From contig OZ296649.1 of NCBI GenBank assembly GCA_965655095.1, positions 29,636,001 to 29,700,000 of the forward strand: DNA of 64,000 nt, in the 5' to 3' direction. This DNA comes from Haplodiscus bocki. Lineage: Eukaryota. The notes under the pieces were generated by a model. The model ran no database searches and was not told the DNA's origin. It saw only the letters and a program-made list of their open reading frames with translations. Below, piece after piece: positions 12,341 through 23,824 of the stretch. Every line of letters starts with the position of its first letter. Positions within the stretch are counted from its first letter, which is position 1. The position numbers were made by a program, and so were the translations under genes.

Positions 12341-12968
12341 CATTCATGGAATGGAAAGTGGAAAAAATAATTTCAATAAATTTCCAGCCTCGCACAACAC
12401 CCATCGAGGCAGAGCCGGTATAAGATTCCCGAAGATGACAAAGCTAGATGTTGGTGGTTCTGGAAACACCATGAAGGTGCCTTTTACATCAGTTATCTGT
12501 TTCGTTTTGATTTAAAATTGATGAGTCGAATTGAACACAGATTACAGACGATTTTTAGCATGCTTAGACGATCAAATATAGGGTTGAAAACCATCCTGGA
12601 GCGATATAGATCGTTGGGTATGACCTTGTTATCAAAAAAAACACCGACTAAAGGATATCAAACTTTTCAAAAACTCAAATGCATAACTAATCAAGAAATG
12701 ATTTGTAGGATTTGAATGATACTCGGCTTGTTGTTAAGCAGGCAATGTAGATGGTCATCGGCGAAAAGATCAATCAAAACTGCTAAATAACTTGATTTTT
12801 AGGTTGAAAGTTTCTAGGAGAGTTGTTGAAAAGAAAAGGATTAGTTTAGCATATCAATTGAGCTTGACAGTTTTATATGATGTACGGATCCGGAGTGTCC
12901 ATCAAAGCAGTCACTAAATTGAGCGGCATCAAATTTTTGAAGCAAATTGCATAAACTAACTCCAAGTG

Positions 12969-13358
12969 TTATCTGTCACAATCTCCCATGGTTCTTAGAA
13001 CACAATCTTCGATTCCTGTCAATCGTAGGTTTTTTGCAATGGGATGGGCTGCCATTCCTACTCCCTCCACTGCAGGTTTGATAATGACCTTCACATGTTC
13101 ACACTTCGCCGTAACCCTGGAGGCGAACGTTCTGAAATTGCCGTAGACCCAGCTTCCGCGTATCACTCTGAGTTTTCGAAAAAGCGGAGGTTGTTGTTAC
13201 GCTGATTGTTAGCTTTTTATTCTCCTTGGTTTTTTGACCCATCCCGAACCAACTGTTCTTGTCACCTATCGCCACGACAGATTTGTACCGGGCTCTGTTA
13301 GTCCCGTCAGGTGGCATATTCTGTAAAAGCATCGTTTTAATAATTTCCTCCTGATAAC
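12969..13358 (-). pseudogene. RPS2: Highly divergent 40S ribosomal protein S2 (uS5)-like exon, frameshifted
   Basis: EEIIKTMLLQ..RARYKSVVAIGDKNSWFGMG and VIRGSWVYG..RVTAKCEHVKVIIKPAVEGVGMAAHPIAKNLRLTGIEDC align with RPS2 RTRFKAFVAIGD..GHVGLG and [36 protein letters not shown]. There is a one-base frameshift in the A5 run at ~13179-13183 and a tttcag acceptor just upstream of 13358. Confidence 0.75.
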
Positions 13359-14386
13359 CTGAAACATAACTCTTTCATTCACATTGAATTGTTCGAAAGA
13401 GGGTAGTTCGTTTTATGGTTAGTAGTTGCAATCAGCTTTTCTCGCTTTGTACAAAACTCTTTACATGTTGGTTGGGAAATTCGAGAGTTTGCGGAGGCTT
13501 TTCAAGTATCTATTCTCTAACCGCGTAATTAACAGTTGTGCTTATTATTAGTAATGAAGAAAAAAAGAAAAGACAATGTTGACTTGCTTGTCGTCCCGAT
13601 TTCGATAGCAGTTTGACTGTTGGTGGCAGTATCGCTTTCGTTAGCTGAATGACTTCCGGTAGCCGTATTAATTTTGGGTAGCTGTGTGACTGTGTAGCTG
13701 TATAACTTTTGTGTATCTTTGACTTTTGTTTCGTTGTACGACTATTGTGTAGATAATATGTTTTTACAGCTGAGGAATGCTGGCGGTTTTGAAAGTTAGG
13801 TCAGGTTAGGAATGCTCGCATTGGTGTTTACATAATGACTTTAAAGAAGCACCGTCCAAATTTGAAGAGTAAAGTTAGTAGATGCGCGGATGGACGCTTC
13901 TTCACCTAGGTCGCTAAGTTAACAAACTTGGAATACCAGTAGTCTAGCCTAGGCTACATGTAACTTTTGTTTGCAAGCTGAGATTCACCCGCGAAATACC
14001 TGTTTTGGTTTACAGATTCACCCGCGAAAAGGTTGACTTAATTTTGGGATGGGGGTGCGAAAAACCATGTGAATCCCTATACTACTGCTGACGTCGGTTG
14101 ATATCGACCGTTCACTAAGCAATTTTTGTTAACCTGAAGTAGAGTGTTAACCGGTGTTTGAGGGTGAGGTAAACCTAGGTCTGATTGAGAAATTTCGAAC
14201 TCCCCATGCTGCGGGTCCCGACATGAACTCTAAAAATAGTTTACTACTAGAAAGATTGTAATAGTTAGGGGTAGGGTTTTAGGCAACTTTCATCCAGCCA
14301 CTTTTCCAGTGCCAGCGGATCGGTTATTCCATTCAGTTTGTAACAATATAATTGACTCTGAGTTCCTTTTCAGGTCAGAGCATGCC

Positions 14387-14668
14387 ATGGCAATGAAAGC
14401 GGTCAATATAGAAGAGGTCAAATTGAGCTGCTCCGGACAGTCATGCAGCCTTAAACGTTGTCATTCTTTAGAAGCAAACGAGCACTATGTTTCAAAGCGC
14501 AGCGTGAAATGCCATTCTGTTCTTTGGTCAATTGAGAATTTTTCAGTATGTCTGCAAGATGAAAAACTCGAGAGCCCAATTTTCGAATTTGGAGGTGTGA
14601 GATGGGCGAGTCACATTTATCCAAAAGGAATGGTCGGAGATCAAGCAATTCAGAATAATTATGTGCAG
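14387..14668 (+). CDS. MATH-BTB (SPOP-like) gene, coding exon 1 (MATH domain N-terminal half)
   Basis: Acceptor ttttcag at 14373, ATG at 14387, peptide HSVLWSIENFS..LESPIFEFGGVRWASHIYPKG, donor CAG|gttagg (phase 0). Confidence 0.85.
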
Positions 14669-14797
14669 GTTAGGGAGCTCCTAGCATAAAAAAATGCATA
14701 CCTAATTGAAAAGACTGATAACTAAAATAATGGCAAAGCAAAATTATTGCAAGATCAATTGTTTACTTTTTGAACCGTAATATGTTTCTGCTTTTAG

Positions 14798-15148
14798 GTA
14801 TTCGTGAAGGTGATTCAGTTCTCTTCCAATCAAACTTTGAAATTTGAACTTGCAATTGTGGACAAAGATGGAAATCTTTGTTTCACCAAAAAGACCCCGC
14901 CCAAACGTCTCGAAGGTGCTAATCAGTTTGGCGTTTGCTTCAAAAAATTTATGTCCCACGAATATCTGAGTGACACTGACAAGTATTCTCCAAATGACAT
15001 TTTGACAGTTCATCATAAAATAATTCTTATATCTGAATCAGAGACGTCAAAACTTGAGTGCACCTCTCCCAGAAAGCCGTCTGTCGATAGCAGATTGTGT
15101 GATGACTGGGGCGCCCTTCTAAAATCAGGCCAATGTGCTGATTTTAAG
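14798..15148 (+). CDS. MATH-BTB (SPOP-like) gene, coding exon 2 (MATH C-terminal half and linker)
   Basis: Acceptor cttttag|GTA, peptide FGVCFKKFMSHEYL..NDILTVHHKI..LCDDWGALLKSGQCADFK, donor AAG|gttaga (phase 0). In frame with exons 1 and 3. Confidence 0.85.
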
Positions 15149-16082
15149 GTTAGAGCAAGTCATATTGTTGTTTTTTGGCATTTTTTAAATTTTTTATTAT
15201 AGCAATTTCCAAATTTACCGTAGAATGCCATTAATATACAACATTTTCTCAAAAAGTTGTTCCCGCAAGAACTTAGGGTTTTAGTATACAAAATCAAGGA
15301 AGTATCATTTCGAGTTTTCAGGAAAATTGTGAATAATTTTTTTGGCTTGAATTACAATTTTTTCAACGTTTGTTCCCTAAGTTGTAAGGTGGAAAATATC
15401 CCGGAGTTTGCCGGGTGTCTTCTCCGATCCATTCAAAACTACTATGGGATGTTCTTAAATATGGTTGTCGTAATTTGGCGGGAAATTGACTTCGCTTGCT
15501 TGCTTTGCAGGTGCAGTAAATGAAAAGAAAATAAATGATTAAGCTGTGAACTATCAAGCAAAGATAACTGGATAACCTATTTGGTGTCAATTAATTGCTG
15601 ATATATGACAGTAATATCTTTCCCTAATCATTTTTCGCTGACAATTAATCTTCGAATTGCGTTCATCCACTGCTGAATGGAAATCTTAGTAAATGTAGAA
15701 AACACCTGAGGGCAAAGATTTCTGTTTTCTTATTTTTATGCTGAAAAAGTTTAGTTTAGTAGCAAATTTAGAGAAACATTGATTGCGTATTTTTCCAAAT
15801 TTGTTTTTTCCGAAGACTATCGATCGGATTGCAACCATACAGTGCTCTTCCGCGAGCCCGCAATTTGGAGAATTATTATGAGTGTCGAAATAATGATCAG
15901 TAGTAACTTCTAATATGCGATGCAGTTTTTCAAAATTGACGCGATAGAGTTTGCATCCATTATGATAGGATGCATAGAATGATAGGATTATTGAATTATG
16001 ATAGGGTGATGGAAAAATATGTTCGCCACTTATGAACTGCGTTCGCTGTAAACTTGATTTCAATTAATGTTTCTGTTGATAG

Positions 16083-16288
16083 ATAATGGTGGATTCTCGA
16101 GAAGTTCCCACGCACAAAGCTGTGCTAGTGGCAAGATCTCCTGTGTTCAAAGCAATGTTAGGTCACCCCAACACAACTGAAAGTACGAGCAACTCCATGA
16201 CAATTGATGATTGCAAATACGCTCCTTTTTGCATTTTCCTGAAATATTTATACACCGGCAATCTTTTCGATACAGTCCTCGATGACAG
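16083..16288 (+). CDS. MATH-BTB (SPOP-like) gene, coding exon 3 (BTB/POZ domain N-terminal part)
   Basis: Acceptor gatag|ATA, peptide IMVDSREVPTHKAVLVARSPVFKAML..TIDDCKYAPFCIFLKYLYTG (classic BTB), donor AG|gttagt (phase 2). Confidence 0.85.
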
Positions 16289-17469
16289 GTTAGTTTTTCA
16301 TACTTTTCCAAAAAATATCCCGTAATCAACTGCACATGTAAAACTTCTTAGGATTCGTTGTGATTGGCTGCGCAAGTGTATTACGGCTTAGTTTTTACTT
16401 TTTTCCAATCGTTTGAAACTGGAATTTGTTTTCAAATTTGAAAGTGCTGTCAATTTTGAAAAATTCCGGCATCGTTTCTGCCGACAAAAATTTGCGCTCC
16501 TTTTTTTGCGTAGAATTGTGCCTTTCAACTTGTAGAAAATTGAACTTTCAGGTGATTTCTGTGCAAAACGCCCTAACAATCTTGTTTTCGGGACAGAACT
16601 CCTGTTTTCGATCTCATATAAAAAGTGCATTGTTGAGTCCAAAATATTAATTCCATATAAATTTTTCAATCTTTTGAATGTTGCAAAATCTATTAACTTC
16701 TATTCAAAAAATCGGAGATATTTTTCTCGCGTTTTCCGTGGAAACTTTTCTCATTGACTAATGCCTACCTAACTCTGATTAGGCCTATCTAGCTCTGATT
16801 GAACTAGTCGCTTTCTGAAGAGTCTGAGGAGTTGCCGGGATTGTGAATTTCGACGTTTTTGCGTGCGAAATATCTTAACGTGTATTCGAAATATCTTAAA
16901 TGAATTTACTTACGTTACACGTCGAAACTGTTTTTCTCTAACTACTGGTTGGATCGGGTCCATCCGAAACGGGTTCAACTATTTGTTTTTTGGAGCTTTT
17001 GGGAAGCAGCTGGGTCATGTTATTCATATTTTATCGCCTAATAGCGTAATTTGTGTTTTAAAAATCAAAGTTGTTTTTCCTAAGATGTTCGTAAAACTTT
17101 TTGTCACTAACTATTGTTCGGATTGCGTACCTCTTCGGGGCATTCAAAATGTCTTTGCCTAGCAATGTAGGAATTGTAGTTGTTTTCTCACTTCTATGAT
17201 CACTATCTGAATTTCAATCGAGGAAGTCTTCGGATTTTTTCTGCTTCTTTTCTAAGGAAATTACTCTTCGGATTGCGTCCATCGAGCACTAGGTCAAATT
17301 CTGGGTGCTTAGAGACTCTAAATAGTAGCAGGGGTAATCTACTTCAGCCTCTCAGCGAAATGGTTGGACTCGTGTTAACTATAACATGCTTTAATAGATA
17401 GTTCTTGACTTATACTTTGAATTTGACATTTCTTTGTTTTTCCAGGTGTTTTATTGGCGACTAAGGATT

Positions 17470-19100
17470 GTTTCTCGCGTAATGCCTGATGCTTGTGCAT
17501 TGCTGATCAATTCAATTGCTTCTGTTGATTTTTTTAACCGAAGAACATATAGTATTGTAGAAGCCTTCACAACCTCATCTGTTACTCTCAAGGGAGTTCT
17601 CGATACATTCACACCAATGACGATTTGCGGGATCATAAACAAAATTAAGACTACGACGACTGTAACTAATGATGGGGTCCCTGTCGCTTTGTTGAATTTT
17701 CATCCCGATCTTTTTGCTTCGCATCTTTATCCTGTAGTTGCATCAGTTGTATTGACGCTCAAGTTCCCTTCTGGAAAGTGTGACAATATACCTCTTCACA
17801 TGGAAGGTCCCAAACAGACTATTGAGAACTATCGTCACATCAGCCTCTTACCTAAAGTTTCTCTTGTCTTTGAACCTATTCTTTTTGATTACATGTGCTC
17901 AGCCTCTAAAGACAACATGAATGCGAAGTAGTGTGGTTTTCAAACTAAGCGTGGGGCAGTGCTGCAACTTCTCAACTACTTTGAAACTATATACACTCAA
18001 CAATCTGATGTCCTATATATTTTGTACATTGACTATGCGAAGGCTTTTTGATAAAGTGCCTCGAAAATTTAATCAAAAAGATCCATTCCTTTGGTTTGCT
18101 GATGAGTTCTCCACTTCACTGACCTCTTATCTAAATGATAGGTCACAAAAAATCTCAGTTCATGGACAATTTTCATTTCCGCTGGACGTCCTGAGTGGTG
18201 TGCTGCAAGGCTCAATTCTTGGTCCTCTTCTCTTTCTATTATTCATTGATGACCTTCCTGCGATCTTCCTCGATGCTGTTGCATGGCTGTTTGCTGATGA
18301 CTTTAAGCTTCTCTTCAATACGGCTTACTTTCATTATGATCTCACCAGACTACACAACTGGAACATATCCAACGATGTTGGCTAACCTTTCAAAAACACG
18401 AACGTTGCACTTTAGGTCTGCCTCTGATGTTATTTTGAAAAACACGAGTTTGGAGAATGTTGCGATGCAAAAGGACCTGGGTGCAACAATCTCTTCTAAC
18501 CTAAATTGGGACAATCATGTTGATGTACGATTTAGTAAAGAAAGAAACTCATTTTCCTCCTCAACAGTTATTTACCTTCGAAGACACCATCTAGAACGAA
18601 ATACAAGTTCTACGAGTGTATGGCCTTATCTGTGCTTATCTGCGGTTGTGCTATTTACACTTTTGGTGTGGCTGCATTGGAAAGTCTGAAATCTTTTCGA
18701 ATTTTTTTTCAAATGGATTTTCGGAACAAGAAAGTTACGAGGTTATTCTGCAGAACAATAATGTTCTTGCCTTTGTCTATCATTTCGAATGTAAATTTCT
18801 GACGCTACTTAAAAATCTGTTGCTTGGCAACTGTAAAGATGATACTGGTAAGATTGTGGCCTTCAATTTTAAGCCTAGTAATTAATGACGTTGTGCCTAT
18901 AATCCTCTACATTTATCGTCAGTTCCTAAAGTTTCTTACTTTAACAGAGCTGCTATATCACATATTTATTTGCATAGACATCCTATAATCAGTGAGCCCA
19001 ACCTCTCTTGCATTATAAAAGTGAAAAAATTTCATTTTCAAAAAGGTTCATTTATAATTATCCATGTACATACTTTGTTTTTGCTGCCATAATTGTTCTT
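17470..19100 (+). mobile_element. 5'-truncated non-LTR retrotransposon (CR1/L2-like) reverse transcriptase remnant
   Basis: ENYRHISLLPKVSLVFE, YIDYAKAF/DKVP, GVLQGSILGPLLFLLFIDDL, LFADDFKL, KDLGATISSNLNWDNHV. Frameshifted; no endonuclease domain seen. Confidence 0.9.
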
Positions 19101-19160
19101 TTTTTGAGAAGTTTGCTTTATGTATTCAAATCTGGTTGCCTGTATACGTAATTAAGTCTT

Positions 19161-19195
19161 TCTCTATATATCTCTCTCTCCTCTCTCTCTCCCTC
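19161..19195. repeat. (CT)n/(TA)n microsatellite
   Basis: tctctatatatctctctctcctctctctctccctc. Confidence 0.8.
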
Positions 19196-20309
19196 AGTAC
19201 TATACAACTGAATTGCTTTTGAACAGCTGCATATTCCAGTCTTGTTTTCAAGTGAAATTTTGTTTTTCTTTCAGTGTTGGCACAAATAAGTTTCGAAAAT
19301 GAAGTGATCAGTTTCTGCTTGTTGGCAATACAATCGATGCCGTTTTTCACCTTCGCTTCAATAAGTCTGTCCGAAACGCAGCTTTGCTTCTGTTAAACTT
19401 GCGTCAAGCTATTTTTATGGAATGGGATCGTTTGAGCCGTCATCCGGTACGTTCAAAACTTGCATCGGTTGCTCAGCTGTTCACCAACACGCGAGCGGAA
19501 ATTTGGCAGTATATTGATTTGGTTTGTTAGTTCAGCTTGCCCTGCAAGCGCTTGATGGGAAGTAATCAAGTTGGTGAGCAGTGGATCATCAGGCAAAGAT
19601 AAGTGTCTAACTGAACTAGCGTTGAATAAATGCTGATATATCGGCTGTAAATTTTAAGCTTTCGTTTTTCGCTGGCATTTGTTCTTCAGACTGCATCCAC
19701 ACAGTGCTAAATAGAAAGGTTACTCAGGTAGAAGATTCCCAGGGGAAAGTTTTTCTGGTTTCGTAAATTTAGTGCAGATAAAGTTGTGTAGTGGGCAAAT
19801 TCATTGAACGTTTTGGATTGTGGCCACCTAGTGCTCGTTCCGAATTCCGCAATATTTTGAGTTTGTGTGGTATCGAAGATGCCCAATTTTTGACTTTTAA
19901 TATTCAAAGAGTGACTAGTTTTTGAATTTAGACGATTTCAGGACTTCGGGGAAATTTTATTTTAAGAATTACTTATAGTGCTACTTGGTTTTCTTACTTT
20001 TTCCTACCAAAGTTTGCGGGCTTGTCTGACTTGGGGATTTTCGTGTGTCATGAAACTTTCAACAATTTTTCAAAAATGCGGCGGAGCAGCGTGCGAGTAC
20101 GGGATGGACCATACGGAACATCATAGTGGCGCTGAGGGTGCGCAAGTAAAAAAGATTTTTTCCTATTAGCCAACCTATTTACTTATACACTTGTAATCCT
20201 CAGGACATTTCTAATTCCGTTCTCCCAATTCGCGGGGAAGTGACGTGTTAGTTGGTGAACTTTTGTGTTTATCCCAAAAATCTTTTGAATTTCTATCCGC
20301 CTAAGCGGC

Positions 20310-20860
20310 TTTGTTTTCAATTGTGTTTTTCTCGATTACCGGCTGGGTTGTTGCACTCCAATGCTCTTTCGAAAGCACGTTGTATCGAGCATCTTTCGCA
20401 ACGCATGGATGTCCTATTTCTTACGTTTCACGCGAATCATCTCGTATCTTGAAAATAGGAATTCTTTGGCTTGCTTCTCTTTTCAAAGTCGTTTTTCTCG
20501 AGAGCTACGGGTTGGATTGCAGTCATTCAGTGCTCATTCGGAAAGGCGCTATATTGGAAATCTTCGACAACGCAGGGTTATCGCGTTTCATAGTCCCGGG
20601 AATTAGCTTGACTTGTAACTCGGAAGTCAAAAAATGTTCACTTTCTTCTTTTTTCAAAGTTGTTTTTCTCGAAGACTACCGGTTGTGTAGAAGTAGGCAT
20701 TTTGGAGGGGACTCTGCGAAGTAGCAGGGATGTCCTGTTCTTTACTTTTCACGCCAATTAGCTCAATTTTTAGTTAGAAAATCCTCAGAAATTTCTGCTT
20801 TTATTGGACTATTGTTCTCGTCAAAGCCTATCGGTTGGATTCCGACCATCTAATTCTTTT
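20310..20860. repeat. Degenerate tandem repeat, ~165-bp period
   Basis: Motif gtttttctcg..tac(c/g)ggttgg recurs at ~20325, 20490, 20660 and 20815; ggatgtcct..tttcacgc recurs at ~20407 and ~20728. Confidence 0.55.
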
Positions 20861-21504
20861 ACATAAATCAGCCAAAAAATATTTTGCCAAGTATCATTGA
20901 CGGGCCCGTACTATACTTTCGGCGGTATTTGTATCTTTAAATTCGACAATTCGATTACAAATACAATTCGGAAGGTCATTTCCAGACTATTTGCTAAAAT
21001 ATGAAGACCTTTTCTTGAACATCAGCAGTCGTTTCTGTAGAAAAACATGGTCGCCCGAATGTGAACAGAAATGAAGTATTGGTCTTTCATTACCCTCAGC
21101 AATTTTGGACGTATTCCTAAAATACTTGACCATCTTGTCTGTGACCGCTAAGTGGTAGCCTCAACCTGGAATGAAAAAAAATTAGATTTTATAGAAGAAA
21201 TGAGAGACCACCACCTGTTCCGAGTTCGGTGTCTGATAATTGCTGACTAAGTTCATTATCAATAGTTGTTGCCGGGTCAGTTTGCGTTGTAATATTTTAC
21301 GAATCAAAATCTTGAATTCAGTCGTCTGTTTTGTCTTTTTAGTTGGAGCTTTTACTTTAGTTAGAAAAAGCCGACTCTTGTAGTCACTTTGTTTTTTTTA
21401 TTTAAGATCACAACGAATTGTCTTCTTTCCCTGGCATAATATTTTAAAGCATGCAAGTACAGTCTATCACAAGCACGGGCAACTACTCACAAACATCAAA
21501 AGGT

Positions 21505-22080
21505 GCATTTATGAAATTTTCTCTTCTCGGCACTGTGAGACAAAAAAAATTCGGATATCACCCTTGTACATAAATCTTTTCGGTTTTGACACCAGAAACT
21601 TTCTGAAACACCAGAAGGACCCCTCACGAATTTTTTCTGTGACCCGAAAAGTTTTCGACATCTTTTTTCTGATACCGTCTTCTACGGTTTACCGAAATTT
21701 TCGCGCCCGACAAATGGTCAACGCCAGAAATTCTCAGAACACTCAAGAACTTTTCATAGACAAAAAAAAATCTCGTGCAAAAATCGTGGTACCCCCCTCC
21801 CATGTATAAAGTTTTCCGATACCAGAAGCTTTCAGAAACACCAAAAGGTTCTCGTACGTATTTTTTCGGTATTGTTGAACAAAAATTTACCTACGAAAGT
21901 CGTGATACCCGTTTTACGCATAAATTTTTTCGATAACACCATTTTTCCAAAACACCAAAAGGGCCCCCTCACGAATTTTCTCTGTAACACGAGTTTCTTG
22001 TGACAACGTGACAACCCCGTCTGTTGTTTACCGAAGTTTTCGTGCACGACAGATGGGCAGCGCCAACCTTGAACTGTTCT
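21505..22080. repeat. Degenerate ~115-120-bp tandem repeat / interspersed repeat fragment
   Basis: Recurring ccagaa..gaaacacca(g/a)aagg..cccctcacgaattt (~21590, 21820, 21940), cgtg(g/a)taccc, and tttaccgaa..tttcg..cgaca.atgg..cgcca (~21688, ~22027). Confidence 0.65.
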
Positions 22081-23824
22081 CCGCTTGTTTAATTTACCGC
22101 GGCATCGTGCCAATTCATTGAAATGCTTGTGCCTTGGCGCTTTGTCTAATACAAATGTGCGCTGTCACCGTGGTTGAGTAGCCAATATGTCTGGGTTCAA
22201 ATGTCTGCATTGCCATTTATTTTTGTTTTCGTATGAATTCCTCAAATTTTTCTACAGCACAGTCGGTAGAAAGAGTGTTCTTAAGCGCTACGTACGGATT
22301 GGAATCCCAGTTTTTACCTAAATTTTTCAAACTTCAGTATGGCGACTTTCAGAATCGTTTTTCTACTACAAAAAGTACCAGCTAGATTTCTATCAAGGTT
22401 TCAATTTAGAAATTTCTGCTTGTGAAGCGTGGTTCAATAGCGAAATATCTTTTCACAATTCTTGCATCGGAAATCCGACGGATCAAATTTACTGAAAAAT
22501 GGAAACAGTTATGATTTTCCTACTTTTTTTCCTACTTTTATGATTTCCCTACTTTCGAACTTAGTTTTCCCCTAGATAGTGGCTGGTTGTCATCCACAAA
22601 CGTCCTAATCAACACTTTTCGTTTTCGCGAGTCCTTCAGTGCTACTATCTTGTCATCAAGTTCGTTGCATCAGGAACATTGTTCACTGAGTTTATCTCTA
22701 AGTAAAACACCGTGGATTTTTCCCAAAATTCAAAGTTACCATTCTACAGACTCACTGACTGTATTTGTCCACCAATGTGTTAATCGACAAGTTTCTACCT
22801 GTAAGTAGTTTTTGAATTATCAAATGTTGTTTCGTTCCCTCCAACGAAGACATGTTAGGCCGAAAATTGCATTCGTATGATTCGTCTTGAATTTCCAACC
22901 CGATTTTCTTCAAACCTGAAGCTGGATTTTTCCATTGAGCTCTCAATTCACAGTTATCCACTTGTAGAAGATGATTCATTAACATTACGTTGGGCTACGT
23001 TCAAAGCAGCATTAATTTTTCCGGAAAGCACGGCTGATCTTCACAGATTGTTCCTGCCTTGAACGACTCAGAGGATCTTCGCAGTGGCCCAACCAATTTC
23101 GAGATTTTACACGGCTTTCTCTGCTTCTTACAGCCGTGCTCTAGCAGATTACATGTCTATGCGGTTTGCTTTTTCACTGGCATGCGTATCCATGACCATT
23201 TTCCTCTTTAAGCATCAGCTTCACGCTGTTCCGGCGCCGGTAGCTAACCTTTTTCAAAAAACATCTCTAGCGGTTCTTCCGCAACAAGCACGGCCGATTC
23301 TTACATTGTTCCTGCCTTAAACGACGGCGATAATAACTCAACGAAAGGTCTTTTGGACATGAAAAATGCTGAATTCCTGGCCATCAAGGGGTTGGCCTGC
23401 GAAGTTCTTGTTCGAAGTGACACAGAAACTACTTGATGCTTTCCTGCTCCGAACCCATTGTATCCCGATTTAACCCACGTGTATACATCTGCGACCTAAT
23501 TTTAAACTGTTTTCACCCTCTACCGGTGTTCCGTCAGCGAGATTGGCACTTCGGATACTTCGGTACCGAGACTTTATCGTTTGTTTCAACCCACAGTGTT
23601 TTTTCCACCGAGAACGTTAGGTCCACGGTGTTTGTTTTGTTTGATGAATTTTTGAAGTTTCAGGTTTTCCTTGAACTCTGTTGAGGTGAGTTTTTGTGCG
23701 TTTCCGTGGTCCTCCACGAGATTCATTTCTCTTCCCCTGGTCTTTCCGGGAGCTGGGTTTGTGTAGCCCTGCTGCGCGTTCCGTGACTCTTTCACGAGAC
23801 TTCTGTGTTTTTGCAACAGCTCTT

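Noticed and set aside
11224-12404. Long ORFs (291 and 330 aa on -, several on +)
   Set aside because: They are by-products of the 27-bp minisatellite being open in several frames on both strands; no domain is recognisable.
17445-17465. ttttccag|gtg as exon 4 of the MATH-BTB gene
   Set aside because: A phase-2 join reaches TAA after five codons and shows no BTB similarity; the sequence runs into the LINE.
19275-19620. Stop-poor stretch as a BACK-domain exon or hAT transposase tail
   Set aside because: No convincing motif in any frame I translated.
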